Shown: positions 25,901 through 38,763, counted from the first letter of the stretch. The stretch: DNA of 64,000 nucleotides from Phallusia mammillata (GCA_965637545.1 OZ281495.1:19654001-19718000), one strand, 5' to 3'. The notes: a model not told the origin generated them from the sequence alone. Made by a program: numbers and translations.

Positions 25901-28900
25901 TGACAAAGTCAACTTTTCAAGGTTGAAAGGAAAAATGGCGAAATTGAACTGGCATTAAATAAGCTAAAGACAGAAGAAGCTACCCTGAGGGACCAACTTG
26001 CAAAAATGCAAGCCTTGAATGAAGGTCTTGCCCAAGATAAGGTTGATCTGCACAAAGTGATTGCTGAGGTAAATTTCCTAAACACTGCCGCTAGGTAGCG
26101 ATGTTAAGGTCAAACGACTAAAATATTGTTGTTTCAAACAGTTGGAAGAAAAGTTCGCCGCTTTGGGAGCTGCAAAATACGATCTGGCATTGGAGAAGGA
26201 TTCCATTAGGGCAGAGCTCATCAAAACTGAACAAGAGAAGATGGATCTTCACAACGAAAAGGCCGGATTAGATCATAGTCTGATACTAACAGAACAGAGT
26301 CGAGAGAAACTGGAACAAGATCTGATGTTGTTACACCGAGAAAAGGCAGAGTTGTACGACTCTTTGAGCCAGGTATTATAGCCTGAAAAAGAATAGATTC
26401 AATTTTATTTTCGTTACTGACCGTATTTATTTCAGTGTACAAGGCACAAAACGAATGTTGAGGAAGATCTTGCCAGAACCGCAGATGAAGTAGCGCGGTT
26501 GAATGACATGAACAGCAAACTCACGAAAGAAAAAGAAGAGCTTACCAAGGAGAAGGCCAACCTCATTGTTCAACTCACTGCTACCGAACGCGAGAACAGA
26601 ACTCTCTCCGAGGAAATGGCAGGACTAAGGTGCGTATTGTAAACGGCTTGGACCAAAGGATAGTTTAATTTTTAACACGCTGTTTTATAATTACAGAGCT
26701 GACAAAGAAGCCCTCGAAAATAATCTGTTTGATGTCCAAAATCTTGCTGCGACATTGGAAGCAAAGAAGGAACAACTTGAGGAGATTAACCAGAATGCAT
26801 TGATGAAGAATGAGGCATTACAAGGTAATTAAAACAAAATGTGTCCAAATGAAATCTTGGAGTAAACAATTTTATTTATTTGATTAGTTGAGGTCGGTCG
26901 AGTACGCAAGGAGATGGAAGTCGAGAATGCAAAACTACAGAGAGACATTCAGCTTCTGAACCAGTCAATGAATCAGCAGGAAAGGGAGGCACAGGTCAGT
27001 TTGAAGACCGAACAGCAGTCCCGCGAAGAAGACATCGAAAAGTTGTGTCGCGAAAAGGTTTGTTGAACAAAGATACCTCATAAGCGACCATTTATTCAAA
27101 CATAATTTCTCGTTTTTCAGGAAACCCTACGGCTGGACATGCAGTCCGAAAAAGAAGAACTTATTCATGCATGTAACCTCGACAAGGAGGAAACCGTTGC
27201 AAAATACGAAGCCGAAAAACAAGAACTGCAAGAGGAAATTGAGGCAATAAACCAGGTAAGTTTGAATACCTTCCATTTGAAAGTGAATATAGTTTTTTAT
27301 CAATTAAAAATTGTTCATGTGAACTTTCTACTTTAGTTTGTTATCAGTCACTAAACAGCTCCGTGCAAAAAATATTTTATTGCACCCAATTACGCAATTA
27401 CGAAAGTAAAGTATGTTGTTTTTGTTTGATGTCCGGTCTTGCAGCATGATGTGACAAAGAAAGCACAGGTGATATCAGGTTTCACATTTCTTTTCATGTT
27501 TGTCCTTGGACAAAACAGAAACAAGGGTAGACCACACGCATCCATATTTCATATCGCCAGTGTATTTTCGTCGCCAGTCGAAAGAGCTTGAACTGGCAAT
27601 GAGTAGTACTTACGTTTCTTGCGCAGAGTCTGTAATATTCTGATTAGCTACACTTAGTTGGTTTCAGCTTTTAGAAACAACTGGTTATGTCTCTCTGGTT
27701 TTGGCTAATGTAACTGAGCCGAATAAAGCAGTAAAGTAGTGAGTGTAAGGTTGTGCAAGATGGGGGACACAGACAGCAATATTAACTTTCGTCTTGATCG
27801 CTGGAACCATATGGCAAAACCAAATTTTACTCTTGGTCGCATTTTGCGAGTAAGTAAATACCTTAGATTTGTGAGGTAAAGATGCAAAAAAACGAAATGA
27901 GTCCTGTGTATAGGTGACAATGCTTTGATTTAGTTAAAAGTGGTGATGCACCGAACCCGCCTAAAAAGGTTCGGGCCGAAACCGAATATTCGGCCATAAG
28001 GCCTTTAGAAATACTGCAAATAGTTAGTTTATGATGTTTCGTATGGGCGGAAATAAAAGTTTGAGCATTAATTTCATGCAAAAAAAGTTCGGTTTTGGCC
28101 GAATTTTCAAAAAAGTTCGGACCGAAACCGAAACATTGGAAAACGGCGTATTCGGCCGAAATGTTTCGGCCGGCCGAAACTTCGGTGCATCACTAATAGT
28201 TAAAAGGGCTTTCACATCGAAGAGGTGACTTTGAAGTGTTATTTAAACTATGATTATCATTATTATTTTAGGAACACAATGAAGAATTGATTATGGCTGA
28301 AGCAGAAAAGCAGCAAGCTCTATCGATGAAAGAAACTGAGAAGAATGCGCTGCAGGAAAAGCTCAACAACGCATCACAAAATCTCCAAGAGTTGGAAAAT
28401 GAATATGAAAAGTTGAAACGACAAGCCAACTCCAAACATGAAAAGGACCGGGTAACCACAACGATCATTAAGTTGCCGGCTAAGATCAACTTTAAGTACA
28501 ACATTGAGTTTTATTTTAGACGACAGTAAATCAAATCACCCAGGAGTTGAAGGACTTCCGCACTCAATTTGAACTTGCAACTGAAGCGCACGAGCGCGAA
28601 GTCAAGGGCCTTAATGATGCCTGCAAGCAAGTTCACGCAATGCGAGATGCAGCACTTAAAGAGGTGAGAGTAATTGCAGCTTACAAACCATAAAATGACG
28701 CGTTCTAACTCTTACCCATTGCGATGGATCGAAATAGGTTGAGGAACTGAAGTTGCAGCTACGAATGGTTGAAGATGCCCGCGACGGTGTCAGACGCGAC
28801 CTTATTGAAGCACAACGAAAGGTCAGATAACGACTTTGCTTCTTTCAATCATGGTGTTTGGCCACAGGGCTTAAATGCAAAACGTTTTCTTAGGTTCGTG

Positions 28901-31900
28901 AAACCGAGGAACAACGCGATCGACAGCGCAAAGAAAATCTTGAGCTGAAACGTGGGGTAAACGACGAAATTCATGAAAAACACACCCTAAACAAGGCCAA
29001 TGACCAATTGCGAACACAAGTTAAAAAGGCGGAACAAGAAAGAATTGCACTTAAGGTTTGTATGCCACAATAGAAAATTATGTATTGAACTTGGTAAAAC
29101 ATTGTTTACCCTTAAATCACAGAGAGCAAATGAAGAGAAGGAACAAAAGATTGCCGTCCTTGATGAAAGTCGTGGAAATGTACAAAAAGAGAATGGAGAC
29201 CTCAGGGCAAGTCTTCGTGAAGTGGAAAGAAGTCGTCTGGAAGCCAGGCGGGAGCTCCAGGAACTAAGGCGCCAGGTAAAGATCAAGCTAAAAAAATAAG
29301 TGTACCTAACACAACAAGTCAATTGATACTTTGAAAAACAGGTAAAAATGCTGGATGGCGAAAACACCAAAAAATCCAAGGAGGTTGAAGATCTCCAGTC
29401 TCGTGTTGCATCTGATGAAGAGCGTGAAGAAGAAGCGAGACGCGAATCATTCGGATTGAAACAGAAGATTGTAGCAACTGAAGCAAGTAAAGAGCAAGCT
29501 TTGAAAGAGGTCAGTCCTTAAACTGAATTTATTGTGATCTCTATTACACTAGGATTGGTACATTTAAGCTTAATTTTTACAGAATTCTATGTTGCAACGA
29601 AAACTTGCGGAGTTAGAGGATGACAGTCGGGTCAGGGAGAGAGATTTCCTCGAGCAACTTGCTGAAGCTACGGCAACCTCAAAGAAAAACAAAGACGACC
29701 TCAGGACAACTGCTTTAAAACTCGAGGCAGCAGAGGAGGATCTAGCTGAAAACAAATTGAAACTTTCCGCAGCTGAAGGCAGAATAACAGGCCTTGAGAA
29801 CGAGATTGTCAAAGTAGAAGGTGTGTATACCAACTGTTCAAGTTTGATCGTAATGTTTGAAACTAAATTTCATGGTCAAAATCAGGCAACAAGCGTGATG
29901 TTGAGTTCAAATTGGGAAGTTTGCACAGTGCACTCCGTCGAACACTAGGAATCTCAAGACTTGGAAGAACAATGAGTCCAATGAGAGGTTACCGATCTTC
30001 TACACCATCACCAAGCAGGTACGCAGTTTAATTCTCATCACATTTGTCACATTATGGGAAAGGTGATTAATGTGTCAATGTTCAGGCGCTCTCCCTCACC
30101 TGGCAAGGGATACGACAACACATTTACCACAACAACTGGAGGCAAAGGTACTCCAATCCCGACTACTGGATCTCCAGACAGAACTAGAAGCCTTTCTCCG
30201 AGCTACAGAAGATCAGGATCTCCAACGTACGATTCTGAACTAATATGTTTTTTAAAAAGTTCGTAAAACTTGACCAACTGTGCGAATTCTATTTTGTAGC
30301 CGAACCGAGCAACTGGTCCAGGATATAGATCCAGAAGTGGTTCGTGCCGCGCTACGCGACTTCGTACAGGAACTGAAGGACACTCAACGTGAGAAGGATG
30401 ACTCCAAGATTGAATGTTCTAACCTCACGCGTCAGGTATACTATTGTGAGAACTAACAGTACATTTGATGCAACGATACTTAACATGACATTACTACAGT
30501 TGATGGAAATGGAAGCGGATCGCGATCGTGTAAATCAGCGTTTGCAGCAACTTCAGAAATCGCTGGGCGAGGCAGAGGAAGGCAAGAGAGGAGCTCATGG
30601 ACGCTTGGCCTCCGCACAGACTGCTCTTATGTTACAGGAAGAAACAATCAGAAGAAACGAACGGGAGCAGAAGAGTATGACAGAAAAGTTGGCTCAACTT
30701 GAACGCGCACAGCAGAATGCTGAAAGTGAACGTCGAGCGCTTCAGGTATGCAGTCGTTGATTACGTAAACTTTAAACATGTTTATTGTAAGCAAATGTGT
30801 CATAATATCCGGATTACTGTAGGATAAGATCAACAAGATGAAGGCGCAACAAGCTAAACTGGAGGCTGACAAACGCAAACTCAAGGAGGCATTTGACATG
30901 TCAGAACAACGCGCCACAAAACTCGAACTTGCCCGTCGCGCGTTTGAAGGAGACTTACAACGCAACAAGCTGTCTCTCAACGACAAAGAAACCGCTAATC
31001 AGGTGTCATGCGTCGTTTTAAGGCCCAGCTTATAACTGCATGATGGAAACGCATAAAATGTTTTGCTTGCTTAGGTTCAACAAGAACGCATTAACAACTT
31101 GACGAATCAAATTCAAGACTTGGAAGGCAAATGTACATCACTCCAACTAACTATTGACAGACTAAGCACCGCACTTGCCAAAACCGAAGAGGGTGAGAGT
31201 CACTTGAAAGATAAGGTGATATTTCGGAATATGGGTTTGTTATTGCCTAGTCCGATGACCAATTAACCTTAATTCCCAAATAGGTTCAGTCACTGTCACT
31301 TTCCATGTCGGAGAAAGATGCGACGACTAATTCTCTCAATGAGAAGATCAGCCAGCTGCAGAAAATGCTAACCGCCTCGGAGCACGACCGCCGTGTGTTA
31401 CAGGTACATATCTAAATAAACAACAGCGCCCCGGTTTTGAGTTTGTGGTGAATGTAACTCATCCATCACTGTCACAGGAGCGCCTGCAAGCAGCACGTCA
31501 AGCTGTTGCGGATCTGAAAAAACAAAACGGGGCACTTCAAGAGCGAGTTCACAATCTTACGCATGATTTGGAGGATTGTGAGGTCCGCAAATCGGAACTT
31601 GATAATCAGCTGAAGAGCCTGCAGCAGGTAAATAAAATAAAAGCGTGGGTAACTTTGAGTTACCGGTGAACAACAAGACCGATTATTCAGATGCTTGGTC
31701 AACATCAAGAAAACGAAACTGTGGGTCTTGAACGCAACCAGAAGTTGCAAGAGGAGAAGCGAATTCTGCAAGAACGCATCACAGGACTGCAAAGAGCTAT
31801 CGCTCAGTTGGACTCTGAAAAGCGTGAAACACAGCGCGGTGCAGTTCGTCTGGAGAAAGACAAATCTGCTTTGCAGAAAACTCTCGACAAGGTACCTGTT

Positions 31901-32564
31901 ACAATGGCCCATGTGCAAAAGTGCTTCGCGCCATGTCTGTTGTTTAAACGCCCGGTGTCGTGTAATCATTAAAATGCCACACAGGTTGAACGTGAGCGCC
32001 TAAAGACTGAGGAAGAGACGATACGCCTTGCTGAGAACAAGGGCCACATGGACAGGTCCTTGCGAGACATGGAAAGTGAGCTTGATGACGCAGGAAAGAG
32101 AATCCAGGTGTGATGCATAACAAACATGGAAATTTTCAATTAAACTGTTTGTTTGCGTTTCCGAAAGCCATTTGTGGTCTGTTCGTACATTGTAAATCAA
32201 CCAACTGGTGTTTATTGTTTAGGCATTGCAAGCTCAACTCTCCGACTCTGAGCAGGGCAATGCCCAGCGACTGATCGAGGTAACAACTAGACACAGGCAG
32301 GAATCTGAGATGGAAATGGAGAGATTAAGAACTGCCCAAATACAAACAGAACGTACACTTGAGGCGCGCGAGAGGGCGCATCGCCAGAGAGTAAAGGGCC
32401 TCGAGGAACAGGTACATATATGGTTGAGAGAACTTTTTTGTTTGCTGTGGTGACCTCTTACCGATTTATACGATTTAATCTTGTAGGTTTCAACCCTTAA
32501 AGACCAACTGAGTCAAGAGATTCGCCGTCGCCAGCCTTACTCATCCCACCGATCGAAACCATAA
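13972..32564 (+). CDS. CROCC: Rootletin (ciliary rootlet coiled-coil protein), about 40 coding exons
   Basis: Exons 13972-14049, 17005-17157, 17294-17404 (EENRMLQSELSRVEDLLAQSRADRDEIAIKYNAVSER), 19381-19455, 19799-19915 (EEQASYKRKLQAYQEGQQRQAQLVQKLQ), 21134-21217 and onward. Includes the S/P/R-rich exon 24988-25141 (RSPRRGRSP...AALQKRQLQVQ), a long heptad coiled coil, and terminal exon 32487-32564 (VSTLKDQLSQEIRRR...). These match remembered vertebrate rootletin motifs. Confidence 0.95.
18077..18090 (+). promoter_or_regulatory. CCAAT (NF-Y-type) box in a CROCC intron; near-identical copy at 21763-21776
   Basis: ccaatcagaacacg here and ccaatcagaacgcg at 21763, both in CpG-richer intronic patches. 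Confidence 0.4.
18921..18935 (+). promoter_or_regulatory. RFX X-box-like motif upstream of a candidate internal CROCC first exon
   Basis: ATTGCC-cat-AGCAAC against consensus GTNRCC-N0-3-RGYAAC (1 mismatch); half-site CATGGCAAC at 19060-19068; about 230 bp upstream of ATG 19164. Confidence 0.55.
19164..19232 (+). CDS. CROCC: Candidate alternative first coding exon A of CROCC (MSSNTSTEEEESPPESVRSRVDR)
   Basis: ATG-led 23-codon exon ending at a GTAAGT donor, phase 0, in frame with exon 19381. Confidence 0.7.
19698..19730 (+). CDS. CROCC: Candidate alternative first coding exon B of CROCC (MAYDALRDRTE)
   Basis: aaaATGG context, 11 codons, GAG|GTAGTT donor, phase 0, 68 nt before and in frame with exon 19799. 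Confidence 0.6.
20151..20165 (+). promoter_or_regulatory. RFX X-box-like motif in a CROCC intron
   Basis: GTTGCT-acc-GACAAC, an imperfect X-box palindrome about 850 bp upstream of ATG 21015. Confidence 0.4.
21015..21053 (+). CDS. CROCC: Candidate alternative first coding exon C of CROCC (MSDKKELEGLKAQ)
   Basis: ATG-led 13 codons, CAG|GTATAC donor, phase 0, in frame with exon 21134 (VLQYKKKC); upstream acceptor tgattgcag at about 20978. Confidence 0.65.
24446..24759 (+). CDS. CROCC: Candidate alternative first coding exon D of CROCC (MHSTPKVGKVRDLIRQYQ...SPDSHKHVR)
   Basis: 104-codon Ser/Arg/Pro-rich open frame; in-frame TAG at 24437-24439 just upstream; phase-2 donor CG|GTACAA matches the phase-2 acceptor of exon 24988. 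Confidence 0.6.
27941..28195. mobile_element. Short hAT MITE, GCCGAA-repeat family, in a CROCC intron
   Basis: TIRs TGGTGATGCACCGAA / TTCGGTGCATCACTA; GCCGAA/TTCGGC repeats throughout; flanked by tagttaaaag direct repeats. Confidence 0.9.
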
Positions 32565-35273
32565 TTTGCAGCATTAAACTTCAACTAATTCACAAGCTTC
32601 TTGTATTACATACGTGGCCTCTTTTATAAAACGCTTGTTTTCTACCACACGGATCTTTTTCTGTACTGTGCACAAATTTTACACTTTGTTGTTCCTACTT
32701 TGTTTTTGCTCGGTACACATGCACTATGTATTTGATCGATATACCATTTTTCCCAGAATCCTTTGTGGACTTCTAAGCTTTCTGCAACGGTGGCGTATTA
32801 CAAAAGTGTATAGGGTTTGTGTTATTAAGCATATTATGGTTTACGTGTGTTCACTGTATATAAAACAACCACTGTACGATTCATGCACCGCTACAACGTC
32901 TCTATGTTTGTAATTAAATGCTTTAATTCTAATCACTGTCCGGTTATTAATATTCGATTCCTCTCCAATAAATATTTTTATAGGCTGTTTGATCGCTTGT
33001 TTAGTGGTGCTTTTTGACCAAATGTTCAGTATTGTGAAAATATAGATAATGCTATTTTTGTATTTGTGTCAGACGTAGTTTTTCGGTTATTTACATTGCA
33101 TTGCTTATATAGCAAAGTGTCGATGTATGTACATGCATAAAAAATATATAAATGTATTTCTATTGTATCAACTCACTGTTTTGAGGGCTCGTGTATAGGA
33201 CTAGTGTAGAACAAAAATGTACAGTTGCCAATTTGTAAATGAAACCAGAATTCGACAATCCGTCCAAATTCACCCTCCTGAAAATTTGCCCATTTTATGT
33301 GTTGAGCGACAAAAGGATATGAGTTGAAAAAATTTATTATTAGAATATGTGTGTTATATTGTTTAATTGCGTTTTCTAGCACTGTCGGTGAATAACCGAA
33401 TGTTTCTCGTAATAAAGTACGTGCTATCCAAACTGTCTATCAATCAAAGACTAAGTAAGACATTTGTTGGCATTATTAGCCCATCGAGGTGTCCTGGGAA
33501 AACAAAGAGTTTATAAAGGTTTTCACAAACAGAAGTTTTCGACTCAACTTTTGAACGGAAAGTACCACGGCTGTACACAGACTTTATGTTGCGGTTTTCT
33601 CAAAACAATTCTATTCTGTAACCGTACGTCATATATGTCGCTAACACGGAAAAACAAAAATAGGAGGAAGTATAGTTGCGTTTTACATCCATGTTACTTG
33701 GAACGTGTAGATACCCCGTCACAAACTGGCTGTCGTAAGGAACTTGGCCACACACAGCGTAATCTTTGTGATTTCGGTACGTCGAACGGAACAATTCGAT
33801 CTTGTGTTATTTATAAAGTTTCACAAACGGACTATAGATAACCGACAAAACTCGACATCGAGTTTTACCATTTAGTCAATTAAACAACACACCGTAAGAA
33901 GAAACGAAATTTCAAATGTAAATAGCTGTTGACAACATAAACTATAAATGTCACTGAAACGGTCCTAATTTGGATATTGTCGGTGCCCGAAGCATCATCG
34001 ATTTGCAAAACATGCAAATTAAACGACCGAGAGGTTCTGGAGGGCCTTAAATCATCATCGTTTCTCTGTTGATCTTGATGATTGTGCGATACATGACGTT
34101 GTCTCGACATATAGATTACACGACATAATCTTCCGAACCTGTTTTTTACGCTGTTTGACGTTTTGTGTGAGTCAGTTTTGAAACGATTTAACCTGAAGTC
34201 ACCCCTTTTGCCCACGTTACAAACTGTTATTGTCAGATTTTCTGTTATGTGTTGAAAAATATTTGTTCCAATACTTCAAAAAACCTCAAAAGTTGAAACG
34301 CTACAATATATTCCAACTTTGCGCCAGTTACGTAATCCAGGCCGGTGGTCGTTGTGTGTATACGCAACTTACACTTCCCACTTGATCAGGCATAACACGA
34401 TCGGGATTCGTTCCGATTCCAAATCCGTATTTGACACATAAACCCATTTCAAAAAGGCGCCTGTCACGTCCCACGCAAATCTTCTACCAGGTCGACAGTT
34501 CGCTCGACCCACGGTCGATTGAACATGTCGGGAATATTTGGTAAATTTGTCAAAGCTAGTCTAATCTCAGAGCCTCCGTGCTGGCCTTTGAGCGACCTCC
34601 GACAATCAGCATACAACTTTAACATACAGAGCGACTTCGTTGCGCTCATCATCTGGATTAACTAAGTTACCATCGCACACAAACTGAGCTTTCAGGTACC
34701 TTTGTAAGCGGATGATTGATATCCGAAAAATTGATGACGTACATCGTCCGGCCTGATACACCGATACAAGTGCAGATTTCCTTGCAACACGCCTTGTGCC
34801 CAGAGTGATATCCACGCGTCAATCATTTTGTCTGTTACGCAACTCATCGCATTAGGCGAGTAATCCTCAAAACAATGCGCCAGAGCGGTAGCGTAAGTCA
34901 TGATGGCGGCATAAATAACGAGCAGAGGAGTAACATGTTGCCTCAGTCGTGCGGCTTCTGTCAAACATCCGGGACACACCTCAGGTCCAGTTCATAACAT
35001 GAAGCAAAGAACACGATTTAGAATCGCCGTGGTAAACAAGTTCTTGATATCCCTTATGCGTTCATCATGTAGCATTTGACTTGTAGGTCATTTATCTGAC
35101 ATTATCGTTACCAGTCTGACTGGTTAGTATTGTAAGCTTAGAACTAACCGCTTCCTACCAAATATAATTTTAGGAAATTTTGGATTACGAAATGACGCTG
35201 TTTGGTGGGAAAAATAAATGCGTCATCGAAATGTTATTTCGGGGAAGAATACTAATACCATGACGCTTTAGCA

Positions 35274-35689
35274 CAGCGGTTCCCAAACTGGGGTCCGCGG
35301 TCCTGTAGGGGTCCGTGAGGCAATTTTGGGGGGACCGCAAAGCGGTTGAAGTAATTCTATAATCTTATTTGGCGTCAGTTTGTGCCAATAAATAAGTTTA
35401 AATTAAAGTAGAATTAAGAATCGACTGTCTCCATTGCTAAACAATGCCCTTTATTGAATAACAACTATCAAAAATGCAATTGTTCGCGCACAATCGTAAT
35501 GTTTTTGTCCTGTTTTTGATGTCACATGCTGTCTTAGGATGATTGTTACGCGCAATTTTGCATAACTGGCTAAGATCCTTCAACTTTCGTTTTTATGAAA
35601 TACACATTTAGGCTTAAGGACCGCGAGCCCTCGAAATAATGGCAAACAGACCGTTTTGAAAAAAATATGAAAAAGTTTGGGAACCACTG
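35274..35689. mobile_element. hAT (Buster/Charlie-type) MITE
   Basis: TIRs CAGCGGTTCCCAAACT / AGTTTGGGAACCACTG; GGGGTCCGCGG repeats; exact TSD ctttagca. Confidence 0.93.
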
Positions 35690-38600
35690 CTTTAGCACAA
35701 TGCTTTTATTAAAGGAGAAACGAGCACAATGCAGAATAACCCACTGCACCACAACAAAGTTTTCATGTAACTAATAGGCAAGAAAGAATCATATATCTCC
35801 TGTTTGCAAACGACCGTCCGGCAACTGAACTGACAGCAGCAAATTCACGTGAACTCTTTTCTCCTAACTGTCGCGCAAGTTTAGAAAACTTCAGGCTCCG
35901 TCACAGAATTATGGACCGCTATCCGCAAGTCGAACATTTTGGCAATATTAAGGTGCGCAGGTCGAAATTGCAAGAATTGCAATTCACCACAACAGGTCAC
36001 GAAGAGTGACACTTCTGACGTGAAAATGTGACGTACAATGATTGCAATCGCATTCCTTGCGGCGTTTGGCGCCAGCGCGTTTACTCCCGCAAATGCAAAC
36101 ACAAGAGGCCAGCGGTCGCCTGTTTATTAACGGTTACAACTCATTGTATCGCTTTGCACGCAAAGGTCCTGTCTCTCACGGTGTCTGGGTATCCTACAGG
36201 TCACCAAAACGTATTAAAGGTTAAAATGAAGCGACGGCCATTATCAAATTTGGTAGCGTTGTCGCCCTGTCGTTAGTAAGTTCATGTACAAATTTTCAAC
36301 ACAAAAATTGCACAGGTGGTCTACACGTCTTATCTTATCATCACATCACATCAGGCAAGATTCTTCCAATCACCGTTTTCGGTTATCGTTCCCAGGTGAC
36401 TTACGATCAATATACTGATGCTTAACCTGACTCTTCGCTGTACTATACATCTTATTTGTTTTAAACAAGCTTCAGAAATTATTGTCCCGCGACACATTGC
36501 CAACATAGCACTTTTTGCACTCACAATGGCGTGGTAAATAATAAATTTGTTTTCCGGAAATGTCGTCAAACTCGCACTTAGATTGCAGAAATTTGTTGTC
36601 GGCGACGAACTGCTTGCGTTGCACTAATTCGCGGTTGTTGCGCACGCAACTCCATCTATGCACAGATAACCTCCATGAACGCCATTGCAATGTTTAAAAT
36701 TGACAGAAACAGATTATATGTAAATTATTTCTGTTGTTTTAACAAAGAACTTTAATTGGTTTCAGCACGTGTTCAATAAAACACATGAGCTAAACAGTTG
36801 AGTGGTCAACGAAGCGGATAGATCGCATTGGCTGTAAACCGTTAAATATATTGCGCACGCGACACCGCCGAAAGCCTGAAACAATTAAACAAATAATTGC
36901 TTTTTGACACTTTCCTGAAAGCAAATTGCAGGTCAGAGTTATATGGACAATACTTAGCACAGTTAACAACTAGCCTGGTGATTGAGGTGAACTTCAGTAA
37001 GCCTACAGGTTACTTTGAAGATATGTTCGATTGCATTGTAGAGATCAGTTTTTCAGAATGGCTCAAAATAAAGCCTCGCTTATTAGTTCTTAGAAAATGT
37101 ATGGTTTAAAAGGCGTCATATCGACAGTAAAAAGGTACTAATAGTATTTCCATTAAATAGGCCTACAGGTTCATTGAGTTTTTGTTTTGCTTGTGTTTTC
37201 CATAAGTGATGTTTTTGAAGACGTAGATGATACATGAGATATCTGCATGGTGGTTTACATATATGCTTTAATAGTCACCTTAATGCATTCACCTCGTACC
37301 ACCGTTTTGTTCTTCGTTGTTGTTGTAGTACAGCGAGTCCTTGTGTAACCGCATTATTACGGTGGAAGTAATCATATAGTAATGTTTATTTTTATTGCAC
37401 AATTTTCATCATTATTCCGTCGAAATCTTCGAGGGAGAACTTTCCAAACTTCCCGTTAAGGTCACATGTCACACTACACACGAGCCGGTTTGATATTGTT
37501 TTTCTTACATCATATCAACCTTGATTTTAAAAGATTATTACAACATAATCTGTGTGATCGTGCGGTTTCTTGAGTAAATAATGTAACTCATTCCGACTTC
37601 GTGATCACATTAGTACCTTTGCCTTCTCTATATTTGGCACAAAAGCTCTTTCTCATAACCAGGCATGTCATGACCGACAAACTTGATTTTAGGTGACAGG
37701 CCCCGACATTTGTTCGGAAGTCAGGCGATCATTCCAATTGTCTAAAAGCGGCCCATTGCGTCATTTGTAGGTTATCGCTTTATGACTTGCTCAAAGGTTT
37801 TTGCTTACGCACTGCGAAGCTTGTTTAAATCGAACTGACGCAAAAGATGACAGCGTGTTGCTTCGTGTGTACGAAAACCAAGCTCGAACGTACGTTTATG
37901 GAGCATTGGTTGGTGAATTAATATAAATCTATTGGTGATATTTAGCTGCATGATGACACTGAACTTTTCATTCGGATAATCCGCTGAAGTCGTGCCGATA
38001 TTCGCTCAGATCTCACCGAAAACGTTTGAAAAGCAGTTCAAACAACTGAGCCATAACCTTTCGGTCTGGCAGTATCATGCACCTAGCAAGTAATACCACA
38101 CCATGCGTTGCTATCGAAAACAACTTATATATCAGCGTGTGGCCAAATGGTGCTGAATGCATTTTAATTGATGTCTACATTAATTTGATAAGCAGAACAT
38201 ACGTTTGACTGATAAGAAAAGAACGCTGGTGTAAAACGTGTGGGAAAATGTAGGTTAAAGAAATTATCTGCATGACAAATCATCAGGTTAATTTTATCAA
38301 CAAGCTTCTTGCACATGTTTTACCATCACCTTCTGACAAGAAGTTAGGTTTATGAAACAATAAACAGGACATGTGAAACGATAAATACGTACACATACAG
38401 CGGCAGCAATCAGACGCTTTTATCTTTCGCTCGTTTGGACGGTAGCAAACTAAAAGTGAGATGAAAGTCTGAACAACCTGTAGAAATGCCATAACAAAGT
38501 TTTTTTCAAAAAAATGGTGTCATTCGCTTTGCTTTGTTTAATACGCAAGGAAGTAACATGATATGTCAAAACCCGCTAAATTGTAGTTATGTATGATATT

Positions 38601-38763
38601 TGTATTGACAAAGTAGAATGAAACCACAGTATGATTTGTGTGCAATAGCATACATGTATTTTTGCTAGGTCGAATTTCATCACTTTTTTACATTACAGGC
38701 AAAGCTTTATAATTTATATAACATCCAAAACCATCGTCGCTATATTTTATTTACCGTTATACT

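Noticed and set aside
23440-31969. Long minus-strand ORFs (23440-23799, 23486-23911, 25507-25881, 28987-29379, 30648-30986, 31472-31969)
   Set aside because: Antisense shadows of the biased coiled-coil exons of CROCC.
37560-38500. Protein-like snippets on both strands (HCEACLNRTDAKDDSVLLRVYENQ; AEVVPIFAQISPKTFEKQ; MAFLQVVQTFISLLVCY...CCRC)
   Set aside because: Every attempted splice gave stops or implausibly short introns; no family recognised.
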